Origin: Pseudomonas aeruginosa PAO1
Lineage (GTDB): Bacteria > Pseudomonadota > Gammaproteobacteria > Pseudomonadales > Pseudomonadaceae
DNA length: 64,000 nucleotides
Reading direction: 5' to 3' (one strand)
NCBI RefSeq assembly: GCF_000006765.1
Contig: NC_002516.2
How positions within the stretch are numbered: position 1 is the stretch's first letter; every line of letters starts with the position of its first letter. The translations under genes and the position numbers were made by a program. The notes under the pieces were generated by a model. That model was not told the origin of the DNA. It saw nothing but the letters and a program-made list of their open reading frames with translations, and made no database searches. Shown here piece by piece: positions 10,353 through 19,312 of the stretch.

Positions 10353-10739
10353 ATGGGCGACCGCCTTGCCGTACCCATCCGCTACTACGCCCTGGCCGGG
10401 ATCGCCGCGGCGATCCTGCTCAACGTGCTGCTGCGCGGGGTGGTCCGCTTCGGCGGCCTGCCGGCCAGCCTGCTGATCGCCGCGCTGGTCGCCGGCGGCC
10501 TGGCCTGGTGGTTCGCCCGCGCGCAGCGGCGCTGGCCGACCTGGGGCGAGCGCTTGCGCCTGGTCGCCCTGTATGGCGGAGTGCTCGGGGTCCTTTACCT
10601 GCTGCTGGTCGGCCTCGCCTCGCTGAAAGGCGATCCCAGCCCGGCGGCACTGCTCATCGTGGTGCTGCACTACCTGTGCTATCCGGCGCTGTTGCTGGTG
10701 TTCTTCTCCGGCAGGGTCTATGGATTCTTCCTGCGCTGA
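10353..10739 (+). CDS. Hypothetical four-TM membrane protein, 128 aa
   Basis: SD GGAG then ATG 10353 (MGDRLAVPIRYY), the hydrophobic C-terminal part of ORF 9090..10739. Confidence 0.7.
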   Translation: MGDRLAVPIRYYALAGIAAAILLNVLLRGVVRFGGLPASLLIAALVAGGLAWWFARAQRRWPTWGERLRLVALYGGVLGVLYLLLVGLASLKGDPSPAALLIVVLHYLCYPALLLVFFSGRVYGFFLR

Positions 10740-10763
10740 CAGGTGAGGCTGCCTCAACGAATT

Positions 10764-10780
10764 CTTCACATTCTCTTCAG
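10764..10780 (+). promoter_or_regulatory. OmpR-family (PhoP-like) direct repeat upstream of tpbA
   Basis: CTTCAC-ATTCT-CTTCAG with 11-bp periodicity. It resembles the TTCAG-repeat PhoP box as recalled. Confidence 0.45.
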
Positions 10781-10833
10781 CTCGGCTTGACCCGCCCTAG
10801 CCTAGTGTTGGCCACCCACCGCACGAGGCCGAC

Positions 10834-11490
10834 ATGCACCGTTCACCGCTCGCCTGGCTCCGCCTGCTCCTCGCCGCCGTGCTCGGCGCCTTCCTGCTCG
10901 GCGGCCCGCTGCATGCCGCCGAGACTGCCGCCACGCGTTCGCCAGCCTGGGCGCAAGCGGTCGACCCGTCGATCAACCTCTACCGCATGAGCCCCACCCT
11001 CTATCGCAGCGCGCTGCCCAACGCACAGAGCGTCGCGCTGCTGCAACGCCTGCAGGTGAAGACGGTGGTCAGCTTCATCAAGGACGACGACCGCGCCTGG
11101 CTGGGCCAGGCTCCGGTGCGGGTGCTCAGCCTGCCGACCCACGCCGACCGGGTCGACGACGCCGAGGTGCTCAGCGTCCTCCGCCAGTTGCAGGCAGCCG
11201 AGCGCGAAGGTCCGGTACTGATGCACTGCAAGCACGGCAACAACCGCACCGGACTGTTCGCCGCCATGTACCGCATCGTCGTGCAGGGCTGGGACAAGCA
11301 GGCCGCGCTGGAGGAAATGCAGCACGGCGGTTTCGGCGACGAGGACGACATGCGCGACGCCAGCGCCTATGTGCGCGGCGCCGACGTCGACGGCCTGCGC
11401 CTGGCGATGGCCAACGGCGAATGCAGCCCGTCGCGCTTCGCCGTCTGCCATGTGCGCGAGTGGATGGCCCAGGCGCTCGACCGGCCGTAA
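10834..11490 (+). CDS. tpbA: Periplasmic dual-specificity protein tyrosine phosphatase TpbA
   Basis: Signal peptide; catalytic HCKHGNNRTG (CX5R). Confidence 0.92.
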   Translation: MHRSPLAWLRLLLAAVLGAFLLGGPLHAAETAATRSPAWAQAVDPSINLYRMSPTLYRSALPNAQSVALLQRLQVKTVVSFIKDDDRAWLGQAPVRVLSLPTHADRVDDAEVLSVLRQLQAAEREGPVLMHCKHGNNRTGLFAAMYRIVVQGWDKQAALEEMQHGGFGDEDDMRDASAYVRGADVDGLRLAMANGECSPSRFAVCHVREWMAQALDRP

Positions 11491-11594
11491 ACACGCGCAG
11501 GGCCGAAAGGCTTGGTCCCGTCACGCAAGTTTGGCACCCTTGGGACTCGCCGCCGCACGCGGCGGCCCACTTCGACAGCCGCGACGAGACTCCC

Positions 11595-12494
11595 ATGAGC
11601 GATGCCCCGACCTCCCCGCGCTTCAGCGCCGCCACCAGCACCCGCCTGCTCGACCATGCGCAACTGGAGGCGCTCTGCGCCGACTATGACGGCTTCCTTC
11701 TCGATCTCTGGGGCGTAGTGATGGACGGCACCGAGGCGTTCCCCGGCGCCCTTGCCTGGCTCGCCCGGCGGCACGCCGAAGGCCGCCCGGTCTGGTTCCT
11801 CAGCAACTCGTCCAGCAGCGTGGCGGAAATGAGCGCCGGGCTCGAGCGCCTGGGCATCCGGCGCGACTGGTTCGCCGGCATCACCACGTCCGGCCAGTTG
11901 ACCATCGACGCCCTGCTGCAAACCGCCGAATACCGGCGTGGCGGTATCTACCTGGCCGGCGTCGGCCTGGCCCAGCAGAGCTGGCCGGCGGAAATCCGCG
12001 AGCGCTTCGTCGAGGACATCGCCCAGGCGGCGCTGATCGTCGGCGTCGGCAGCTTTCCCCAGGATGAACTGGAACAGCGCTTCGCGCCCCTGCGCGGCGC
12101 CACCGACCTACCGTTCCTCTGCGCCAACCCGGACCGCGTGGTGGTTTCCGGCGGCCGCACGGTATACGGCGCGGGCATGCTCGCCGAGCTGTTCAGCGAG
12201 GAAGGCGGCCAGGTCAGCTGGTACGGCAAGCCCGACCCGGCGGCCTTCCGCATCGCCCAGCGGCAACTGGAAGCGCGCGGCGCGCGGCACATCCTGTTCG
12301 TCGGCGACTCGCTGGTGACCGACGTCCCCGGCGCCCTCGCCGCGCGCATCGATACGCTCTGGCTGGGCGCCACCGGCATCCACCGCGAAGCCCTGGGCGC
12401 CGAGTTCAACGGAGCACTCGACGAGGAGCGGGTCAGGTCGCTGCTGCACGGCTATCCGATCCGACCGCACTTTGCCGCGCCAGGGCTGGTCTGA
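11595..12494 (+). CDS. HAD-superfamily hydrolase, subfamily IIA
   Basis: Start MSDAPTS at 11595. Motifs FLLDLWGV, SNSS, GKPDP, FVGDSLVTDV. Confidence 0.88.
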   Translation: MSDAPTSPRFSAATSTRLLDHAQLEALCADYDGFLLDLWGVVMDGTEAFPGALAWLARRHAEGRPVWFLSNSSSSVAEMSAGLERLGIRRDWFAGITTSGQLTIDALLQTAEYRRGGIYLAGVGLAQQSWPAEIRERFVEDIAQAALIVGVGSFPQDELEQRFAPLRGATDLPFLCANPDRVVVSGGRTVYGAGMLAELFSEEGGQVSWYGKPDPAAFRIAQRQLEARGARHILFVGDSLVTDVPGALAARIDTLWLGATGIHREALGAEFNGALDEERVRSLLHGYPIRPHFAAPGLV

Positions 12495-12523
12495 CCCTCA
12501 AAGGTCGGAAAAAGGATGCACGC

Positions 12524-12769
12524 ATGCACTGGCTGGACTACCTGCAATGGCCCGCCATGCTGGTCACGGTGGTGGCCGCCTGGCTGGTGGCGTCGGCGCA
12601 TCGGCGAAGACGCAAGGTCGGCTTCTGGGTGTTCCTCGCCAGCAACCTGCTGTGGATCGCCTGGGGCCTGTACGCCCAGGCCTATGCGCTGATCCTGCTG
12701 CAGGTCTGCCTGGCGGCGATGAACCTGCGCGGCACCCATCGCAACGAAGCGCCACAGGACAGCGCCTGA
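12524..12769 (+). CDS. Small three-TM membrane protein, 81 aa
   Basis: SD AGGA at 12513-12516, 7 nt before ATG. Three hydrophobic segments; GC3-rich codons; fills an otherwise empty gap. Confidence 0.7.
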   Translation: MHWLDYLQWPAMLVTVVAAWLVASAHRRRRKVGFWVFLASNLLWIAWGLYAQAYALILLQVCLAAMNLRGTHRNEAPQDSA

Positions 12770-12781
12770 TGGCCGCCAACG

Positions 12782-12806
12782 AAAACGCCCGCCATGACGG
12801 CGGGCG
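12782..12806 (-). terminator. Intrinsic terminator of nhaP
   Basis: Stem CGCCCGCC/GGCGGGCG followed on the minus strand by TTTTC. Confidence 0.7.
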
Positions 12807-12827
12807 CTCGCTTTGCGAAGGCTGCGC

Positions 12828-14102
12828 TCAGTGCGCCCCCTCGCTTTTCTCCAGCGGCTGGCCGGCGTAGATACGACGCACCAGCGGGCCGATGGAAAGC
12901 CCCTGGAGCAGGATCGATACCAGCACCACGATGTAGGTCAGGCTGAGGATCAGGTCGCGCTCCGGCCCCAACGGCAGGGACAGCGCCAGCGCCACCGAGA
13001 CGCCGCCGCGCAGCCCACCCCAGACCAGGATGCGGATGGTGCCCGCCGGTACCTGCCGGTTGGCGCCACGGAAACGGCGCAGGACCAGGATCGCCGGGCC
13101 CACCGTGAGCAGGCGCGAGACCAGCACCGCGCCGCCTAGGGCGAAGGCCGCCGCCACGTGCAGCCAGGAGAACGGCAACAGCAGCAGCTCCAGGCCGATC
13201 AGGGCGAACAGCAGGGCGTTGAGGATCTCGTCGATCAGTTCCCAGAACTTGTCCACGTAGCGCCGGGTCTCGTCCGACATCGCGTAGTGGCGTCCGTGGT
13301 TGCCGATGATCAGCCCGGCCACCACCATCGCGATCGGCGCCGATACGTGCAGGCGCGCGGCCAGCGCGGCACCGCCGATGACCAGGGCGAGGGTCAGCAT
13401 GACCTCCACCTGGTACTGGTCGATGCCGCGCATCATCACGAACACGCCGTAGCCGAGCACCGCACCGAAGACCACGCCGCCGATGGCTTCCTGGACGAAG
13501 AGGATCGCCGTGGCGCTGACCGTGGGCGCCTCGCCGAGCTGGAGGATGCCGAGGATGATGGCGAACACCACCACCGCGGTGCCGTCGTTGAACAGCGACT
13601 CGCCGACGATGGTGGTCGCCAGCGGTTTCGGCGCGCCGGCGGACTTGAGGATGCCGAGCACGGCAATGGGGTCGGTCGGCGAGATCAGCGCGCCGAACAG
13701 CAGGCAGTAGATGAAATCCACCTGCCAGCCGAACAGCGGGAAGGTGTAGTAGGCCAGGCCACCGATGACGAAGGTGGCGATCAGCACCCCGGCGGTGGCC
13801 AGCAGGCCGATCGGCCACTTGTAGCTGCGCAGGTCGGAGAGGTCGACGTGCAGTGCGCCGGCGAACAGCAGCGCGGGCAGGAACCAGGTCATCAGCACTT
13901 CGGAGAAGTCGATGCGGCGGATGATTTCCTGCATCTCCACCTCGAGGATCGGATAGCCCAGTTCCGACAGCCCCTGGACGATCAGCGAGAACACCAGCGC
14001 CGTGGCCATCACGCCGATGGTCGGCGGCAGGCGGATGAAGCGGTAGTTCACGTAGGTGAGCAAGGTGGTCAAGGCAATGAATGCCGCGACGAGATCGAGC
14101 AT
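12828..14102 (-). CDS. nhaP: Na+/H+ antiporter NhaP (CPA1), 424 aa
   Basis: Start MLDLVAAF at 14102 with SD AAGGGAG. Motifs ISPTDPIAV, GESLFNDG, WGGLRGGVS. Confidence 0.94.
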   Translation of the reverse strand: MLDLVAAFIALTTLLTYVNYRFIRLPPTIGVMATALVFSLIVQGLSELGYPILEVEMQEIIRRIDFSEVLMTWFLPALLFAGALHVDLSDLRSYKWPIGLLATAGVLIATFVIGGLAYYTFPLFGWQVDFIYCLLFGALISPTDPIAVLGILKSAGAPKPLATTIVGESLFNDGTAVVVFAIILGILQLGEAPTVSATAILFVQEAIGGVVFGAVLGYGVFVMMRGIDQYQVEVMLTLALVIGGAALAARLHVSAPIAMVVAGLIIGNHGRHYAMSDETRRYVDKFWELIDEILNALLFALIGLELLLLPFSWLHVAAAFALGGAVLVSRLLTVGPAILVLRRFRGANRQVPAGTIRILVWGGLRGGVSVALALSLPLGPERDLILSLTYIVVLVSILLQGLSIGPLVRRIYAGQPLEKSEGAH

Positions 14103-14398
14103 GACGCGGGGTACTCCCTTAGCAGAAGGTAAAACACCTACCCCAAAAGGCCGATCCGTGAACCGTGGGGTGCGAATGTCTGGAAAAGCCCGAGAAAATT
14201 TCGGAACCCGCATCATAACCGCAGAAAAGCCCTGGACGTCCAGCGCACCGATACGGTGCATGGCGCGCCGCCGACGCGGCAGCACCATTATCGACCGCTT
14301 CCCCGGGAAAATTTCTTCGTTCGCCGCCAGCCCAGGCGAGACGGCGGCTGCGGCCGCTTGCCCAGGCCCGGTCATGGCACAAGCATGGCCGTTTCGTT

Positions 14399-14426
14399 GA
14401 ACCTCCGCGAACGACGAACGGTCAAC
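14399..14426 (+). promoter_or_regulatory. Possible AlgU/sigmaE-type promoter for opuC
   Basis: GAACCT-N16-GTCAAC versus GAACTT-N16-GTCNAA (one mismatch in each box). Confidence 0.3.
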
Positions 14427-14543
14427 CCTTTCAGGGTCGGGAATTCGGTGCCCATCCGAAGCCTTTGATTTCCGGCCTGTTTCCGCGCTTCGACGAAGCG
14501 CCCGACAGCGTAGCCAACGCTCATTCCGAAGGGAGTCCCGACC

Positions 14544-15266
14544 ATGGTGAAAACCTGTGGCAAGGCCCTGCTCGGCCTCTGCGCCGCAGCCGCCGTACTG
14601 GCCTTGCTGATCCACTGGATCACCCCCGCGACCATCCTCCACTACCGCGAGGACCTGCTGTTCTACTTGCAGGCCCACCTGGTGCTGGTCTTCAGTTCGA
14701 TGGCGGCCGCCCTGCTGGTCGGCGTGCCGGCCGGCATCCTGCTCAGCCGTCCCGGCATGCAGGCCCAGGCCGAACGCCTGATGCAGGTGTTCAACGTCGG
14801 CAACACCATCCCGCCGCTAGCGGTGCTGGCCATCGCCCTGGCGATCATCGGCATCGGCAACGGCCCGGCAATCCTCGCCCTGTTCCTCGCCTCGCTGCTG
14901 CCGATCGTGCGCAACACCTACGAGGGCCTGCGCAATGTCTCGCCGGCGCTGAAGGAAGCCGCCACCGGCATCGGCATGACGCCCAACCAGGTGCTGCTGC
15001 GGGTGGAACTGCCGAACGCGGTGCCGATCATCGTCGGCGGCGTGCGCGTGGCCCTGGCGCTGAACGTCGGCTCCGCGCCGCTGGCGTTCCTGATCGGCGC
15101 CAACAGCCTGGGCAGCCTGATCTTCCCCGGCATCTACCTGAACAACCACCAGCAACTGCTGCTCGGCGCCGCCTGCACGGCGCTCCTCGCCCTGCTGCTG
15201 GACGCCCTGGTGGTGCTGTTCAGCCGCATGTTCCTGGAACGCGGCCTGACCGCCAAGGAGGCCTGA
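14544..15266 (+). CDS. opuCD: Osmoprotectant ABC transporter permease
   Basis: EAA loop EAATGIGMT...VELPNAVP. Confidence 0.88.
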   Translation: MVKTCGKALLGLCAAAAVLALLIHWITPATILHYREDLLFYLQAHLVLVFSSMAAALLVGVPAGILLSRPGMQAQAERLMQVFNVGNTIPPLAVLAIALAIIGIGNGPAILALFLASLLPIVRNTYEGLRNVSPALKEAATGIGMTPNQVLLRVELPNAVPIIVGGVRVALALNVGSAPLAFLIGANSLGSLIFPGIYLNNHQQLLLGAACTALLALLLDALVVLFSRMFLERGLTAKEA

Positions 15267-16201
15267 TGAACCGACTGATCCGCTCACTCTGCCTGGCCTG
15301 CGCCGGCCTGTTCGCCGCCGGCCTGGCGCAGGCGGAAACCCTGCGCATCGGCGGCAAGACCTTCACCGAGCAGCGCATCCTCACCGCCATCACCGCGCAG
15401 TTCCTGCAGAAGCGCGGCTACGACGTGACGGTCACCACCGGCCTGGGCAGCACCCTGGCCCGCGCCGCCCAGGAAAGCGGCCAACTGGATATCGTCTGGG
15501 AGTACACCGGCTCGTCGCTGATCGTCTACAACCACATCGACGAGAAGCTCGACGCCGCGGCTTCCTACCGCCGGGTCAAGCAACTCGACGAAGCCCAGGG
15601 CCTGGTCTGGCTGAAGCCGACCCGCTTCAACAACACCTATGCCCTGGCCATGCCCGAGGAACAGGCCGAGCACCTGGGCATCCAGAGCGTCAGCGATCTC
15701 GCGCGGGTGCTCGCCGAACAGCAGGAGGCCGAGCCCGGGAGCACCCACCTGTTCGCCATGGACCCGGAGTTCGCCGGCCGCCCCGACGGCCTCGGCCCCA
15801 TGAGCGAGCTGTACGGCCTGCACTTCACCCGCAACGACATCCGCCAGATGGACGCCGGGCTGGTCTACACCGCGCTGAAGAACCGCCAGGTGTTCCTCGG
15901 CCTCGTCTACACCACCGACGGCCGCCTGAAGGATTTCAAGCTGCGCGTGCTGAAGGACGACAAGCAGTACTTCCCCTTCTACAACGCCGCCCCGGTGGTG
16001 CGTAAGGAGGTCATGCAGCGCCATCCGGAGTTCGCCACGCTGTTCGATCCGATCATCGAGCGGCTCGACGACGCCACCATGCAGGCGCTCAACGCGCGGG
16101 TCGATATCGAGCAGCAGACGCCACAGAAGGTCGCCGCCGACTTCCTCCGCGAACACCACCTGCTCGACGACGGCCAGGCCGGCCAGGGAGGTAGCCAGTA
16201 A
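15266..16201 (+). CDS. opuCC: Osmoprotectant ABC substrate-binding protein
   Basis: ATG 15266 overlaps the upstream stop. Signal peptide; GGKTFTEQ, EYTGS, FNNTYALA, DDKQYFPFY. Confidence 0.9.
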   Translation: MNRLIRSLCLACAGLFAAGLAQAETLRIGGKTFTEQRILTAITAQFLQKRGYDVTVTTGLGSTLARAAQESGQLDIVWEYTGSSLIVYNHIDEKLDAAASYRRVKQLDEAQGLVWLKPTRFNNTYALAMPEEQAEHLGIQSVSDLARVLAEQQEAEPGSTHLFAMDPEFAGRPDGLGPMSELYGLHFTRNDIRQMDAGLVYTALKNRQVFLGLVYTTDGRLKDFKLRVLKDDKQYFPFYNAAPVVRKEVMQRHPEFATLFDPIIERLDDATMQALNARVDIEQQTPQKVAADFLREHHLLDDGQAGQGGSQ

Positions 16202-16863
16202 TGGACTTCTTCAGCGTGCTTTCCCATCTCGACTGGTCCCAGGTCGGCCAGCTCACCCTCCAGCACCTGCTGCTGGTACTGGTCGCCGTAGGCCTGGCGA
16301 TCCTCGTCGGCGTGCCGCTGGGCGTGCTGATGACCCGCTTCACGTGGCTGGCCGGCCCGCTGCAGGGCGCCGCCACGGTGATGCTGACCATCCCCTCGAT
16401 CGCCCTGTTCGGCCTGCTGATGCCGGTCTACTCGGTATTCGGCCAGGGCCTCGGGCCGCTGCCGGCGATCACCGCGGTGTTCCTCTATTCGCTGCTGCCG
16501 ATCCTGCGCAACACCTACCTCGCCCTGACCGGCGTCGAAGCGGGCATCCGCGAGGCCGGCAAGGGCATCGGCATGACCTTCTGGCAACGCCTGCGGATGG
16601 TCGACATTCCCCTCGCGGTGCCGGTGATCCTCGCCGGCGTACGCACCGCCGTGGTGATGAACATCGGCGTGATGACCATCGCCGCGGTGATCGGCGCCGG
16701 CGGCCTGGGCGTGCTGATCCTCACTTCCATCAGCCAGAGCAACATGCCGATGCTGGTGGTCGGCGCGGTACTGGTCAGCCTCCTGGCCATCGTCGCCGAC
16801 CTGCTGCTGCAATGGCTGCAACGCATCCTCACCCCCAAGGGACTGCGCGCCAGCGCGCACTGA
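16201..16863 (+). CDS. opuCB: Osmoprotectant ABC transporter permease
   Basis: EAGKGIGMT...DIPLAVPVILAG. Confidence 0.88.
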   Translation: MDFFSVLSHLDWSQVGQLTLQHLLLVLVAVGLAILVGVPLGVLMTRFTWLAGPLQGAATVMLTIPSIALFGLLMPVYSVFGQGLGPLPAITAVFLYSLLPILRNTYLALTGVEAGIREAGKGIGMTFWQRLRMVDIPLAVPVILAGVRTAVVMNIGVMTIAAVIGAGGLGVLILTSISQSNMPMLVVGAVLVSLLAIVADLLLQWLQRILTPKGLRASAH

Positions 16864-16875
16864 CAGGAGCCGAAC

Positions 16876-18039
16876 ATGATCGAACTGGACAAGCTCAGCA
16901 AGACCTTCACCCAGAAGAACGGCAAGGAGTTCCGCGCCGTCGATTCCGTCAGCCTGACCGTGGAGAAAGGCGAGATCTGCGTCTTCCTCGGCCCCTCCGG
17001 CTGCGGCAAGACCACCACCCTGAAGATGATCAACCGGATCATCCCGCCGACCTCCGGCCGCGTGCTGATCGACGGCCAGGACACCGCGGACCTCGACGAG
17101 GTCACCCTGCGCCGCCACATCGGCTACGTGATCCAGCAGATCGGCCTGTTCCCGAACATGACCATCGAGGAAAACATCATGGTCGTGCCGCGCCTGCTCG
17201 GCTGGGACAAGGCGCGCTGCAAGGAGAAGGCCCGCGAGCTGATGAGCATGGTCAAGCTGGAGCCCAAGCAGTACCTGCAACGCTACCCGCGCGAACTCTC
17301 CGGCGGCCAGCAGCAGCGCGTCGGGGTGATCCGCGCGCTGGCGGCGGACGCGCCGCTGCTGCTGATGGACGAGCCGTTCGGCGCGGTCGACCCGATCAAC
17401 CGCGAGTCGATCCAGAACGAGTTCTTCGAGATGCAGCGCAAGCTCGGCATGACCGTGATCATGGTCAGCCACGACATCGACGAAGCCATCAAGCTGGGTG
17501 ACAAGGTGGCGGTGTTCAAGAGCGGCCGGCTGCTCCAGTACGACCACCCGGACACCCTGCTGGCGCACCCGGCGGACGAGTTCGTCAGCGCCTTCACCGG
17601 CCAGGACAGCACGCTCAAGCGCCTGCTCCTGGTGCGCGCCGAAGACGCCGCCGACAGCAGCCTGGTCACCGCCCGGCCGCAGACCCCGGTGGCCGAGGCG
17701 CTGGAACTGATGGACGAGAACGACCGGCGCTACCTGATCGTGGTGGATGACCAGGGCAAGGGCCTGGGCTACGTGCGACGCAAGGACCTGCGCCGCCAGG
17801 AGGGCACCTGCGCGCCGTTCGTCACCCCGTTCCGGGTCACCGCCAGCCACGACGAGCACCTGCGCATCCTGTTGTCGCGGATGTACGAGTTCAACAGCTC
17901 CTGGCTGCCGGTGCTCGACCCCGACCAGCAGTTCCTCGGCGAGGTCACCCAGGAATCCATCGCCGACTACCTCAGCTCCGGCCGCTCGCGCGGCGGCAAG
18001 GGCCTGATCGTGTCGCCGGCCGAACAGGTCGGGGCCTAG
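16876..18039 (+). CDS. opuCA: Osmoprotectant ABC ATPase with C-terminal CBS domains
   Basis: GPSGCGKTT, LSGGQQQR, LLMDEPF. Confidence 0.92.
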   Translation: MIELDKLSKTFTQKNGKEFRAVDSVSLTVEKGEICVFLGPSGCGKTTTLKMINRIIPPTSGRVLIDGQDTADLDEVTLRRHIGYVIQQIGLFPNMTIEENIMVVPRLLGWDKARCKEKARELMSMVKLEPKQYLQRYPRELSGGQQQRVGVIRALAADAPLLLMDEPFGAVDPINRESIQNEFFEMQRKLGMTVIMVSHDIDEAIKLGDKVAVFKSGRLLQYDHPDTLLAHPADEFVSAFTGQDSTLKRLLLVRAEDAADSSLVTARPQTPVAEALELMDENDRRYLIVVDDQGKGLGYVRRKDLRRQEGTCAPFVTPFRVTASHDEHLRILLSRMYEFNSSWLPVLDPDQQFLGEVTQESIADYLSSGRSRGGKGLIVSPAEQVGA

Positions 18040-18124
18040 GCCGCCGGGTGGATATTCACCGCCGGCAGCCGCCAACCGCAGCGTATTCCTGGCGAGTGGC
18101 GCCCTCTTCCGCCCCGCCGAAACG

Positions 18125-18149
18125 AAAAAGCCCGGCATCCGCCGGGCTT
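18125..18149 (-). terminator. Intrinsic terminator between the convergent opuCA and the efflux operon
   Basis: Stem AAGCCCGGC/GCCGGGCTT with an A5 run on the left (a U-tract on the minus strand). Confidence 0.75.
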
Positions 18150-18166
18150 CTCCCTGCCCCTTCCAC

Positions 18167-19075
18167 TCAACCGGCCCGCCCCGGCGCCTGCGCCGCCGAG
18201 GCCTGGTCGTCGCGCCCTTGCGGCTTGACGATCACCGTGCAGGTGATCCCCGCCGAGAGCAGCACGCCGTCCGGCACTTCGTCGATGTGTACCCGCACCG
18301 GCACGCGCTGGGCCAGGCGCACCCAGTTGAAAGTGGGGTTGACGTCGGCGGTCAGCTCGCGGCTTTCCGGGTTGTCGCGGTCGTAGATGCCGCGGGCGAT
18401 GCTTTCCACGTGGCCCTTGAGGTGTTCGCCGCTCATCAGCTGCATGTCCACCGGGTCGCCTTCGCGGATGTACGGCAGCTTGGTTTCCTCGAAGTAGCCG
18501 TAGACCCAGTAGGAGTTCTTGTCGATCACCGCCATCTTCGCCTCGCCGACCCGCGCGTAGTCGCCACGGTGCACGTTGAGGTTGGTGACGTAGCCGTCGA
18601 CCTGCGCCACCACCCGGGTGCGCTCCAGGTTCAGGCGCGCGGCGTCGAGCTGGGCCTTGGCCTGCTCGTAGTCGGCCATCGCCGCGGCGGCGGTGTTGTG
18701 GGCGTCGTCGCGGCTTTCGCGGGAGACCACCATCTCATCCATTTCCGCCCGCCGCCGGGCGTTCAACTGGCGCATCTCCAGGGTCGCCTTGCGCGAGGCA
18801 ACCAGCGACTCGGCCTGCTTCACCGCAATACGGTAGTGGTCGGGGTCGATCTGCATCAGCAGGTCGCCTTTCTTCACCAACTGGTTGTCGCGCACCGGGA
18901 CGTCGACGACGATCCCGGAAACGTCGGCGGCGACATTGATCACGTCGGCGCGCACGCGACCGTCACGGGTCCAGGGGGTGTCCATGTAGTTGACCCACAG
19001 GGTCCGCCCGATGAATACGGCGACCAGCAGGATCAGCAGGGTCGCCAGCAGGCTGATTACGGATTTCAAGGTCAT
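18167..19075 (-). CDS. AaeA-like membrane fusion protein (HlyD family)
   Basis: PWTRDGRVRA, WVRLAQRVPVR. Confidence 0.9.
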   Translation of the reverse strand: MTLKSVISLLATLLILLVAVFIGRTLWVNYMDTPWTRDGRVRADVINVAADVSGIVVDVPVRDNQLVKKGDLLMQIDPDHYRIAVKQAESLVASRKATLEMRQLNARRRAEMDEMVVSRESRDDAHNTAAAAMADYEQAKAQLDAARLNLERTRVVAQVDGYVTNLNVHRGDYARVGEAKMAVIDKNSYWVYGYFEETKLPYIREGDPVDMQLMSGEHLKGHVESIARGIYDRDNPESRELTADVNPTFNWVRLAQRVPVRVHIDEVPDGVLLSAGITCTVIVKPQGRDDQASAAQAPGRAG

Positions 19076-19111
19076 GGTCGGCTCACGATAACGAAGAGGT
19101 GCGCTACCGCC

Positions 19112-19312
19112 TCAGCGGTAGATGGTCAGGGACAGGCCGCCGTACAGGCAGGCGAACAGGCTGACCCGGAACAGCGCCGGGTGCCAGGTGAAGCGATACA
19201 GGCCAACCGAGGCGAAGATCCGGTCGAGCCCCCAGGTGAGCGCCGCGGCGATCACGAACAACAGCGTCAGGGTCGGCATGTAGACCCCATGGATGGCGAT
19301 TTCACGAGGCAT
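19112..19312 (-). CDS. AaeX/DUF1656-family small membrane protein, 66 aa
   Basis: MPREIAIHGVYMP...WHPALF, a typical DUF1656 pattern. Start overlaps the FUSC gene end. Confidence 0.85.
   Translation of the reverse strand: MPREIAIHGVYMPTLTLLFVIAAALTWGLDRIFASVGLYRFTWHPALFRVSLFACLYGGLSLTIYR

Noticed and set aside
14375-14389. Sigma54 promoter before opuC (TGGCACAAGCATGGC)
   Set aside because: Spacing is correct but the -12 element is TGGC rather than TTGC, and no enhancer-binding context is evident. Too weak to call.
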